NCBI GenBank assembly: GCA_965649825.1
Contig: OZ287698.1
Coordinates: 1,379,949-1,443,948, forward strand
Reading direction: 5' to 3'
Source: Penicillus capitatus
Taxonomy: Eukaryota > Plantae > Chlorophyta
Length of the DNA stretch: 64,000 nt
Part shown: in pieces, positions 35,300-46,850 of the stretch
Layout: each line of letters begins with the position of its first letter
Position numbering within the stretch: position 1 is the stretch's first letter
Made by a program: the position numbers and the translations under genes
Notes under the pieces: generated by a model
What the model saw: the letters and a program-made list of their open reading frames with translations, nothing else
Database searches by the model: none
Told to the model about the DNA's origin: nothing

Positions 35300-36970
35300 C
35301 TATAGTGCCTTGGCACAGAGCCACTTCTCCTTCTCGTCCTCATCTCTGTAGGGCAACATCCACGTGCCATTCGTCAGCTGCTGTGTACAGCAGGTGTACA
35401 CCGAAGGCAGCTGAATGGTCAGTGCCCCATGGACAAACTCGTATCGCACGAGATGGCGTTCTTTCCATTTGAGGAAGTACTTGGGCGCCAGCAACTGAAA
35501 GAGGTGATCCCGACATTCGTCATTGCTGACCAGTAGACCTTCTCCTCTTGCGTGCAGCGCAGCGTAGAGCCAGTACCAATCGTCGTTGCACTTCACAGGC
35601 GAGACGCATAGTTGATTTGTGTCGGCCATCTTCGACAACAGGGCTTGTGCCAGTGGCTCCTGAGCAGGTGCGTTTGTTGTTCGATAGGAATGCAGGACGA
35701 GCAGGATCTTGCGTTCTGGGAAAGAGCGTTCGAGATACTGCACGAGTGAATGGATCTGTCGGAAACTGAAGGGCCCATATGGACTGTTCTTTTTGTGAAA
35801 GGCCACATTGGCTCCATCGATGACGAGTGGAAAGGGCCCGTGTCTATCCAGCCATTCAACGAAGTCATCAAAGGGCACCTGTCCTTGTTCATTCTTGGAA
35901 GCCAGCTTCTTCACAGCTGCCAAGAACGCGTCCCAGTCTTCATCGGTCAGATCACTCGCCGTCAAGTTCTCTCCGGACGTCAACGAAAATCCATCGCTGT
36001 CGACCGTGACATCCTCCACCAGCCACATCTGTTTGTTGCCCAGGGCCCCGTCCCGAAACGCCTCTTGGGAATGTCGAGACATAAAGTAATTGCGTGCCGT
36101 CTCGATGGTGGCCTTCTCTAGAAAAGTCAATTCCTTTCCTATCTTCTTCAGCAGGATGTCGATCTCTCTGTAGCACCCGTTGGGTTGCGAACACGCTTGA
36201 AGGAGCAATCTGAACTCGAGTTCCGTCAGATCCAATTCAGCGCTCTCTATCACACGTTGCACTTCTAGTGCCTTGTCCATCGCTCCCTGCTCTGCGTAGC
36301 CCACGAGAGCAGGCGTAAATAGACGCAGTCGTGCGGGAAATGTGCTTTCCAGATTCTGCTTGGCAACGGCGAACGCTTCGTCCGGATCGCCCAGACACAC
36401 AGCTATCCGTGCTTGCATAACGAAGACGACATCATCCTTCGGCAGTTTCTGTTCCTGCATATACTCTAGCACTTCGTCTCTGTACTTGCGAAGGTTTTCT
36501 CTGTCGCTGCTGGGCACAGCGTCTGGCTGAAAGGCAGCGAAGGCTCGCTCAAGCCAGTCGTCCCCTCCGACTAAGAGATACAGGATACTATGCACAGCCA
36601 TCTGCGGTAGTTGCAGTCCGGACTTTCGTGCCGTGCGAAATCTCTCTATCGCATCCAGGTAGTCGTTTCTCTTTGCGGCATCGAAGATCAATTTGGTTGT
36701 TTCGTAGGCAGGCCAGTCCTTCTTCTTGCGTCTTCTCTTCTTACGTGTCTCACTCAATTCTTCGTTTGCCGTTTCTTCGACGAGGGTATGCTTGAGTGGG
36801 TTCTTGGCTTCTGTAGGAGGCTGCATGGGCGTTCTCGGCTCGACAGACGACACGATTCGACAGCAGATCTCATTCACTATGATGGGACGTTTGAGCAAAG
36901 CAGACAGCGAGACAGATTTCGAGTGACGAAAGGGATACAAAAAAACACGACCGAAGAAGGCACCCCTCAT
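35300..36970 (-). CDS. PRORP: Proteinaceous RNase P (PPR + NYN metallonuclease), intronless
   Basis: PPR-like repeats (PRLRLF-type), VIDGANVA, NDDWYWLYAA, VSNDECRDH, KWKERH and a C-terminal WLC. Confidence 0.95.
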   Translation of the reverse strand: MRGAFFGRVFLYPFRHSKSVSLSALLKRPIIVNEICCRIVSSVEPRTPMQPPTEAKNPLKHTLVEETANEELSETRKKRRRKKKDWPAYETTKLIFDAAKRNDYLDAIERFRTARKSGLQLPQMAVHSILYLLVGGDDWLERAFAAFQPDAVPSSDRENLRKYRDEVLEYMQEQKLPKDDVVFVMQARIAVCLGDPDEAFAVAKQNLESTFPARLRLFTPALVGYAEQGAMDKALEVQRVIESAELDLTELEFRLLLQACSQPNGCYREIDILLKKIGKELTFLEKATIETARNYFMSRHSQEAFRDGALGNKQMWLVEDVTVDSDGFSLTSGENLTASDLTDEDWDAFLAAVKKLASKNEQGQVPFDDFVEWLDRHGPFPLVIDGANVAFHKKNSPYGPFSFRQIHSLVQYLERSFPERKILLVLHSYRTTNAPAQEPLAQALLSKMADTNQLCVSPVKCNDDWYWLYAALHARGEGLLVSNDECRDHLFQLLAPKYFLKWKERHLVRYEFVHGALTIQLPSVYTCCTQQLTNGTWMLPYRDEDEKEKWLCAKAL

Positions 36971-36976
36971 AGATTG

Positions 36977-37394
36977 CTAGTTAGCCTCCTGGGGTAAGTC
37001 CTGAACAGCACCACTGCCTCAGATGCGTCGATGGATGCAAGAGAAATCACCATAACACTCTTGAAGGGCCTGGTATAGAGCTCGTACACCGTGGACTGGC
37101 GCTTGAGCAGGGCGAGGGCGTCTTCTGCTTTCTGCAGTAGCTGGGCCACCTCGGAGGACGATGTCACACGCGCGTTCTTGCGAAACTCCTCCCGCACGCG
37201 TCTCAGTGCGTACCTACAAATTGACGCCGAATTCAGATCCTCTCTTTGCGACGGCCTGTCCCCACTCGCGAATGTTATACTGCGTGAACCGACTGCCTAA
37301 GACGACAACGCATCGTCGTCGTATGCCGAAGAGACCACAAGGACGTACCTTGTTTGAGGAGCTCTCGATAAAGAGACAACACTTTGCTTGGCAT
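36977..37394 (-). CDS. ISD11: LYR-motif protein ISD11/LYRM4 (cysteine desulfurase partner)
   Basis: Spliced product [39 protein letters not shown]...LKRQSTVYELYTRPFKSVMDLPQEAN; three GT-AG introns. Confidence 0.92.
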
Positions 37395-37472
37395 AACACC
37401 ACGAACGCACATACCCTAGATGTGTCCATGACGCCAAACCCTTGTCATTTATTAAACATATAAGATCTCGAT

Positions 37473-40379
37473 TCATCTCAGTCGTTTGAGAATGTTTTTG
37501 GTGCCGATCTGTTCAAGATCGCGTTGTCTCAGCATCATGACGATGGCATGGCGAACAAGTGAGGCATCGTAGCCCATACGACTGAGATGATCGATGAGAC
37601 GTCCCTCTGAGATACATTCGTTTGGCTGCAATCGTTGTTTCACTTGGTATTCGACTCTCTGGAGCTCTGCTCGTCGTTCCTGGGAAAATTCGACGCCTTC
37701 TGTCAGGCCAGCACGAACCGCATCCATCGTGGAGACTTTGAAGAGCTTGATAGCCATGTCGACATGACGAGCTGTGACATTGGCACTTAGCTGCATTTTG
37801 GCAAAGGCTTCGCTGAGGCGAATCAGAGCCTCTAGCTGACGGATCGTGATGGGGATGGCGACACCGTTACCCATCTCTGCCACTCTTTTCGCCTAGACGT
37901 CACATCAGGCCATCATACAAGGCTTATATAGAAGAGAGTGAGGCCGTACTTCGTCACGCATATTAACGTATTCTTGCTGCAAGATAATGGCGGCTTCTGG
38001 CGAGATGCTTGGCGTCGAGTCCATGCGACAGAACTGTATATAGCGACGCAAGAAATCCACATTCTGCAACGACCGTCCCTCACAAAAGCGACAGTCAGAC
38101 AGATCAGCTACCTGGCTCAACACAGGTATCGTCGTCGCTGCCGTTTGTGGAGAGATGCCCGTCTTGTGGTGATGAATCACATGCCTCAAGGAAGAGAACG
38201 CTGCATCCGACTGGCTCTCGCTATTCGTAAAGAAATCCGCACTTGGCAATTTTTGTGTCTTGTTCTTTGTTTCGAATATCTTTGACAATGAAGATCAGAT
38301 CGAAGCGCGACAAGATGGTGGTCTGCAAGTCGATGTTCTCCTGGGCGGTTTTGAGATCATCGTAGCGGCCTTTGGGTGGATTGGCGGCTGCCAGGACAGA
38401 AGTTCTGGATTTCAGTACGGTACTGATGCCAGCTTTGGCAATAGAGATGGTCTGCTGTTCCATCGCTTCGTGAATGGCAACGCGGTCCTCTGAATGCATC
38501 TTGTCAAATTCATCGATGCAGACCACGCCGTTATCTGCCAATACCATTGCCCCACCCTCCAGATAGAATTCCCGTGTTGAGGGGTCCTGAATGACGGCAG
38601 CCGTCAGTCCTGCAGCACTGGATCCTTTTCCTGAGGTATACACAGCGATCGGCGCCTATAGAGATCTCGGAATCGACCGACAGAAAGGACAGCGGTGCAT
38701 AGACAGACGAACGTACCACTTTGGATGTGAACTTGAGAAATTGAGATTTGGCTGTCGAAGGATCGCCCAAGAGCAACACGTTAACATCACCTCTTCTGTG
38801 GGTCCCATCCTTCATTCTCTGCATCGCATGAATTGGTGATGGGACGTGTGTCTGACAGAGATGCACTTTGCGAATGCCGCCAAACAGGAGACAAGCAATG
38901 GCTTGTTTGATGATGTCGTGGCCGTAGATTTCGGGAGCAAGTGTTTGTTGAATCGTCTCATAGATATCTGGATTCTTAGAAAACTGGAGAAACTTGGTTT
39001 TCTCGTCATCTCTGCCAGACATCATGTCTATGGAGCAGAATAATGCGTCTGGTATTACGTGATACGTGTGATTCCTTGCTGTGTGTATTGCTCATCAGGA
39101 CGCAAACCGACCACTCTGAAGTAAGGATGCCGAACTGTGCTCGCATCTCCCTTCTTGACCTAAAGTTTTCGTCGCCGCGTTCATTTTCGTCACTCTTTCA
39201 GAAAGAGTGAGCGACCTCGTAGACGGAGTAAATGCCGATGGCAACGACTCGGGTCCCTGGCGTCACGCGATCGATCAGATGCCGATCTGCGACCAACATC
39301 ATTCTTCTCGGCAGATCGCCCGGTGGAACATCCTCTGGGCGTTCCTAATCGCACGCGTGCACCGCATTCTTTAGCTGGAGGCATTACCTGAAGCTTCAGC
39401 GTTTGTTGATCGACAAAGCGACTTCGATGCGGCAGAATAACAAAGGGATCCAGTGAGCACTTCTTCTGGCCAATCTGGTAGGCATTGGAACTCAGATTGC
39501 ACGTCCGTGGAAGCAGCGCCGTTCCCAGTCCAGGCTTCATGGTCAGTGTCTGCGTCATCCGGCAGTCCTTGCATTGAATCGTCACGTGCGTTGCCTTCGC
39601 TTTGGGTGTCGCAGCAGCAATGATGATTCCTGGCACCTGTACCAGTTTTGAAATTCGCTGAGACTAAAACGCAAAAGGCGTATGTCAGCTTTGTGGCCTT
39701 AATGACAGACGTGTCGATCCCTCACCGTGAGCGATCGCAGCGACGAGCCCAGAGCTTTGTCACTGAGAGTGGACTTCAGTACGATCTGGATCGATTCCGC
39801 CGCCACTTCGTCGTTTTCTTTCGCTCGGATGTTGTTCGAAATCTCCGTCGCCACTTTCTCAAACTGTCACCACGACCACAACGCTTTCTCGACGGTCGTT
39901 GCATGGTCATGGTAGCCCTGACGGTGGGGAGATGTGTCGAGGGATCGTCTTCCAGTAGACGACGCAGTTTCGGATCGAATTTGCCAACGTCGTTGATATC
40001 GATCTCCAAGTAATCCTTCTTGGCAATGAAGTCGTGGCTGCAGCGGCGAGACAATTGTCGATTAGGCGCACAAGGGTCTGTCTATCTTACCTACCTGTAG
40101 GTTTTGTTTCCTTCGATTTGGAAGGCGCTCAGGAATTCGCGAATACGCAGTTCCAGAAACTGAGTGACGTCTGCCTCTGTATTGGTTCTTTCGCTTCGAA
40201 AGATGGAGACCGAACTCACGCGACCCTCTACGAACACAATGCTTTTGAATACAATCGCCAAACGCTCTTTCCTCGACGTCGGGCACTGATCGATGGCCCA
40301 AGCAACGACGGTCGATGCCGGAGACTGGATCAAGAGTAGCTGTGAACGTGTGTACGTGCTTACCGTCGAATTCTGCCAT
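37473..40379 (-). CDS. MCM5: Replicative helicase subunit MCM5
   Basis: Motifs MAEFD|[12 protein letters not shown], Walker [35 protein letters not shown] and [11 protein letters not shown]. Confidence 0.96.
39190..39210. repeat. Intronic palindrome TCACTCTTTC-A-GAAAGAGTGA (MCM5 intron)
   Basis: Perfect 10-bp inverted repeat inside a 56-nt intron (YE|VKKG). Confidence 0.9.
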
Positions 40380-40472
40380 TGCAAGGTGGCGACGAGCGTC
40401 TCGGATGGGAGTGAGTGGCAAAAGAGCGTTCCTCAAAAACCGTCTAGATACACGGATGCATTCATTTAACGC

Positions 40473-41893
40473 TCAGTAACGCGTCATCTCTGGCGCCTCC
40501 GTGACGTGACGTTTCGATTCGAAAGCTTCATCCGTTGCTTTTCGGCTAGAGTGAGATGCACTCTTCTTGATGAGAGATAGAAAATCCGAAACAAAAGAGT
40601 GGTGCTTTGGGGTGTCACTCTGGTAGAGAACATCTGTCCAGGCGATCGTTGCAAAGTGGGCGTGTAGAATGTCTGGGTACACTATAAGACGACAGGCAGC
40701 GCCTAGACGCCTGAGTATGTTACAGAAGTTCCTGCTCTGTGAACTGCATCATGCACAGGACGCTTTGAGAGTCAGTCACTCTTTTGAAGTGTGAGACGTC
40801 TACCTGGGCACTGTCGTGTCGGCTGTGCTGGTTATGAGTGTAACTTGAGGCAAACGATGTAGCCTCGGCATTTCCATGTTGTCAAAACACGTGTCTAATA
40901 CACACAGTGTGACTGTCGGAAAAAGAGTGAGATCTCACACACCTTCATGAAAAAGATTGGAAAGAAGGCGTGTGGGTGATTGTTCGTCAAATCGCTCGCA
41001 GCCGCCCATGGCTCGTTTCATTGTGGAGAGTTCATGAACATCACGTCCGCGCTCAAATTCGTAATGTGTTGCGATGTCATACACGCCACACATTCCGATA
41101 ACGGCATCTGGCATCCTGTCACCATCGATCTCCGAATGCCTCTCCTCGAGTGTCCGTTCTCACCTTTTGTCGGTCTTTGTGCGATCGAGCATCGCCATCA
41201 TGACACTGTGTGCGCCGGCAGAGTGCCCGACAACCGTCACCTGTCACATCATCTGCGTGAGTGAGGGCGCGTGGGAGAAGACTGGGTACAGAGGAGCATG
41301 GATGGGCAACATTGTCCATCACCCAATCAAGGGCGACATTCACTTCTGCTGCGATGTCTCGTGCCATTGCATGAGGGAAGAGTGTGTAGCTCATCACACA
41401 AGTGAGGACGCCTTGCATGGACAGCTCCTTAGCGATGGGAGCGTACTGCCATTTCTCCCCGGAACACCACACCCCTGAAACACACATCTGCACGCCACCC
41501 ACACGACATCCCTTACCTCCGTGGACAAAGAGAACGACAGAAGATGCGTCCTCTCCACATGGAGTATAGACATCGACGAGATTTCGTGGCTTTGGCCCAT
41601 AAGAGGCATCGTAGACGATGGAGGTCGGATGCGTGATGCCCGTCGGAGGAGAGAAATGACCGATCTCACGGTAGAGGCCGAGAGCACGTATGCCATAGCG
41701 AACGAATCGCAACGTTCCCACGAACTCATCGACCATCAGCGTGCTCAGTCGCGCGAGGCGACGGATCTTCGGCAGGAGACCCGTGACCTGTACGAGATCC
41801 GTCTAAACAACACCGTGGCGTCACAAGCCAATTGACAGACGGTAGGTTTGCGGTCCTTACGCGTACGCCATACAGCGCCTGCTGCAGCGACAT
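40473..41893 (-). CDS. Alpha/beta-hydrolase, isoprenylcysteine methylesterase (ICME)-like
   Basis: Motifs YGPKPRNLVDVY, FVHGG|GVW.SG, GHSAG, MCGVYDI, ELSTMKRAMGG, DTTVP and HAHF. Confidence 0.85.
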
Positions 41894-41990
41894 GATTTCC
41901 TGTTCCCCCCGAATGATAGATGATCGAGTATGCAAACGCAAGGAGACTTAAACAAAGGGATCAAGCGTGCAGTAGAGAGGTCGTATTGAA

Positions 41991-44900
41991 CTAAGTATCC
42001 TTGTTATCTTGTCGCGACGATTTCGAAACGTCGTTCTTGTGCGTCGATGGTCTGTGCATCTCGAGAGCCACCACCGGCCGAACAGAGGTCTCGTCTCTGT
42101 CTATCATCCGTGCCGCCCAGGACAACGGAACCATGACGGTCGTCGCTCGACGCGGTGCTGTCTGTCGCATGCGAACGGAAGAACCGAGATAGGAGCGCAA
42201 TGTCTCCGGATGGACCAGAATCGGCGGAGCATTGGCGACCGCTACACCACAAAGACATCTGCTCTGTCGCCGGAGCACCTTACCGTCCTACCGTCAGCAA
42301 AGCCATCCCGCTGAGGACGACTCGCTCGCGTCGACATCGAAGAGAGTGGTCGAACAGACGCCGTCCAGGGACGCCGTCCCCCAGCTGTGGCCGTCGATGG
42401 AACAAAAGGAAGACACATGGCTGGCGGCGACCGTACAGCGCTTTCCGTTTTGACGACGCCTTGACGCAGACGGGCCTGTGTGGCTCCGAATCCCGTCGCA
42501 GTAAGGGAGAGAAGGAGATGCTCTTGACCAGTCGTCTGGTTCCGTGCATCCATCAGCGCCGTCTGAATTCTGGACACCGTGGAATCGACGCCGTCGTCTG
42601 GCAGCTTCCGACGAACAGCGTCTGTCGTCCACATCATCACCGCCAGCGATACTTCGAGGACTTCAACACCACGGCGAGATTCGGCTGCAGACGTTTCCGT
42701 TGTGGATGATGTCTCGACGATTTCACTCAACCGACGGCGCTGCTTCGAAATCTCGTTCCATTGCGTCTCGTCTGCCACCGAGATCAGCTGCCGAAGTCGC
42801 TCCTGTACAAGAGCATCATCCCAAACGGCGTCGTCGAGATCTGGCCGGATTTTACTCGGCATGTGTGCCCTTGTCGGTTGTAAGGATCGTTTGCCGTTTT
42901 GCGCATGCGATGAAAGACAAGAGCGATTGCCTTGCCGACCTCGTTTGGAAAGGTCAATTGGCGTTGCCTCTCAGCGTCAAAGCCGTTCTGCAAAATTCCA
43001 TGCAGCAATGCCTCAGACTGAACGCACAGCGCAAAGTCTTCTTCTTTACTCCAAGGCAGAGCGAGATCTTTCGCCGCCCAGAGCTTCTGTCGAATTGCCT
43101 GTATGCGTTCCTCACGCGACGCCGCTGTCGTCGTCTCTTCTTTGCGTCTCGTCGCCATAGCCGCTGCGTCGTGCGATGCTTGCTGCTCGGTCAGAATTCG
43201 GAGGTACTCGTTCTGTTTGCGCTGTTCGGCTTCCAGAAACAACCGTCGTTCAATCTCAAGACGCTCGTGCAATGCCTCGGCCTGTTGTTGATAGACAGTC
43301 TTGGCACGCGTTCGATCCCAATCGACCACACGAAAGGCCTCTTTCTGGATGTCCTTTTCGTTTTGCTCTTTGAGTTCCTCTAACTTCCGCAGCTCCCATT
43401 CATCCTCTTCTAAACCGTCCAACTGCAACGAGGCGGACAGATCGACATCGATCGCTGGAATCTCCTACACAAGCAGAAAAACATGTAGATCGGCACGACG
43501 CAGTGGCAGTGCCTGTTCCATAAAACGAATGGCGTAGCGTTCGATGGCCGAACAGGATTCGAGCAATGCCTGAATGCATTCGTTTCCCATGCTCTGCTCT
43601 TTATCAGAGGGCACAGATTTCGCTGTCTCGTCGCTGTCAGATTTCTCTTGGGTGTCTTTCTCTTCGTCGCTCTCCTCTACCGTCGCTTCTTGAGTGAACT
43701 CCGCGAGCTCTGCTGCGGTCTCTTGCTCGACCACTTTGGCTGCCTCGGCATCCATCTCGTCCTCCGCATTGCGCATGGCAGTCTTGACATCTTCGACCGA
43801 GATGCCTGCGTCCACCGCTTCATCTATGATGTCTGTTGGATTGAGCCTCTGTAAAAACTGAAGATTAAAATCTCCGCTCTGTATGGCTAAGAAATCCAGA
43901 TGTCGCTTTTCTTCGGATTTCTTCAAAATGTTCTCTTCAATGGTGTATCTCGTCACCAGTCGATAGATGTTCACTTCTCTGGTCTGGCCTATACGATGGC
44001 AACGATCTTGGGCTTGTTTGTCCATTGCTGGATTCCAATCACTATCGTAGAAAATCACGGTATCTGCTCCTGTCAGGTTCACACCCACACCTCCTGATCG
44101 CGTGCTCAAGATAAAGGCAAAGATGCGTCGATCGTGGTTGAATCGCTGCATGAGTGCTTGACGCGCATCTGCTTTGGTCGAGCCATCTAATCTCAGATAA
44201 TGGTAGCCGTGAATGTTGAGAAACTCCTCGAGGACATCCAGAACGCGAGACATCTGAGTAAAGATGAGTACGCGATGGTTTTCGCGTTGGAGTCGACGGA
44301 GTAAGACAGCCAGCGTCTGTAACTTGCCGCAATCGAATTGAATCAATCGACGGTCAGGAAAGTAGAGACGTGAACGTGCTTCGGCTGTCCAGAGCATCGC
44401 ATTTCGCGATTTATAAATCTGTTCCTGTCTCTGAGCACATTCCTGAGCCCGTCGAACGACAGACCGGTCTGGATAGGAGTACCACGAACAAGCCGGTGTG
44501 CTTCGTGCTTTGGGTATGACACACAAGAATCGCTGCAGCAATGATTGGCACTCCGCGGAGCGTTGTGTGTAACGCTTGACCCAGTCCTTGGAGAGATCTG
44601 CATACCAGAGAGGGAGAAGATCTGTGAGGCTTTCGGGAAAGGAGGGAAATCCGTCTTCGATGACTCTCTCTTGATTGGTGGCATAAATAAACTGCAGCTG
44701 CTGGTGGCGTCTGTGAACACGGAGACGATGCTTGGCTTCGACAGAGGCGGTCACAGCGGTCAATGTCGAGTCCCTCTCTGTTGCTGCGTACTGACCCACC
44801 AAGAGCCAGAGATCCTGTTTCTGTTTCTCCATTTGTTGCATCTCCCGTTCCATACCTGCCTCCAATATCTGTTCCCAGCCGATAGCCCGTCTCTGTCGTC

Positions 44901-46850
44901 CCTGTTGAATCCAGAGGGGTTCGTTGCGCGACAGAGCCCGATCCAGTCCATACGGTATGGTCGGCGAAGCGGCTGGAAGCGTCCATAGGAGCGAAGGCAA
45001 CTGGACGTCGATGGGTTGGATATCGAAGGGAGAAACAATGGGACGTCCCTCGAACAGGTCTGGATGATTGCATACCTAAAAACATCCATACCCACATCCA
45101 CATCTCCTGCATAAGGGTCACAGACTTTACGCAGCTGCATGAGGACATTGATGATGCCCATGAAGTTTCGCGATGCCAAGGTGGACTGCGTCTCAGCAGA
45201 GGCCATGTATTCTTCGTACAGCCTCTTCTGCCTCTTTGACATGGAGCAGTAGACAACGTGTTCATGTTTCTGTGGCAGTTGCTGTTCCACTTCTCTCTTG
45301 AGCCTTCTCAGAATAAAGGGCCTTAAGACGCCGTGCAGTCGAGGGACCACTTCTTGATGATCCATAGAGGTCTGTTGCTTGTCCGCCGCCATTTCGTTGA
45401 GAGGATTACAGAACCAGTTCTTGAAATGCGCATGCGATGAGAAGACATGCGGCATCAGAAAATGTAATAGACTCCAGAGCTCCATCAGATCGTTCTGTAA
45501 CGGTGTGCCCGTCAACAGCAGTCTCCTCCTGGAATTGAATTTTAGAAGGGTCTGCCATCGCTGACTCTTCCAGTTCTTGATCATATGTGCCTCGTCCAGT
45601 ATTAAATAGTCCCATTTCTTGCGTCGGAACATGGGACTGTCTTGCAGGACTAGTGCATAACTGGTGATACAGACATGAAAAGAATTGGCTTTGGACCATC
45701 CCTGTCGTTTCAGCTTCCTCTGTTTGGCAGAACCGTAATAGGTCAACAGCTTGAAAGCGGGGCACCATTTCTTGAACTCCATCTCCCAGTTCAGCATGAC
45801 AGACGTGGGTACGACGATGAGATGGGGTCCCCACGATCCGCATTCGACCGCCAGCCATGCCAACAGTGCAATGGTCTGAATGGTCTTGCCCAGTCCCATC
45901 TCATCTGCCAAGATGCCGTTGATTCTCTTCTTATGCAGTGTGACCATCCACTCGAGTCCCACTTGCTGATAAGCTCTCAAAGGATGTTTCAAGAGAAAAG
46001 GCATTTCGGCCGCAACGCTGGCCACCTCTGCGGCGCCGTTCGCCAGACGACGGCGTTTCTGAGCGTTTTCTGGCAGTTCAGCTTCCGGCGCATCGACACG
46101 ACGTTCGACGACGCCTCCCTCAGAGACAGAGAGATGGTAATGTCGCATCAATTCCTCTAAGGACATCTCTGCTTCGGCATTCAATGCATCGACTTCGTCT
46201 TGAGCATCCTCTTCGTCGAGCTGACGCTCTGCTTCCTCTTCAAATCTCTTTTCATCGGCCAAGTCTTCACTATACATCTCACTCATCTCACTCATGGACC
46301 GTTTTCTTGTCATGGGAACTTCTACGGAAGTGAGGTTCTGTGCTAAGAGGGTAGAGTAGCGCTCCGTTTGGCTCACAAGAAAATTGAGGTGACGATCCAA
46401 CATCGATCGCTTCTTCGCTTCGATTCTCTGTTGAATCTTGAACTGCATCACCTTTTTCGACTTCCACCAAAATTTCTGCACCTCTTTGGCGATTTTGCCG
46501 CATTCTCTGCGTTTCTCCTTCTCTTCTTCCACATCCTTCTGTTGCTCTTTCGTTTGGCCTTCTTCGACTGCTCGCTGACAACGACGTGCATAAATCTTGG
46601 CCTGTTTCGTTTTCCATCTCGACTCCTGACGAAAATCATCGGCCATCCATTTCATCTCTTCCAGTAAATTATCCCAATGAGACAAATGACGTCGCCCACT
46701 CGTGCGCCAAGGAGGCTGTCGTGCCAACTGACGCGTCTCACGAATACGAGACGCCACATCCAGAAAACGATCTTGACGACGTCGCACACGCTCGCGCTTC
46801 GACACCTCCATTCTGCACCGCACCTGTGCACACATGCCGATCTCTCCCAC
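41991..46850 (-). CDS. PIE1: SWR1-complex split Snf2 ATPase (PIE1/SWR1)
   Basis: HSA domain (HWDNLLEEMKWMADDF), NGILADEMGLGKT, LILDEAH, LRK|VCNHPDLF, FDCGKLQ, LSTRSGGVG, QAQDRCHRIGQ and a SANT-like WSKEED region. Both ends approximate. Confidence 0.95.
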
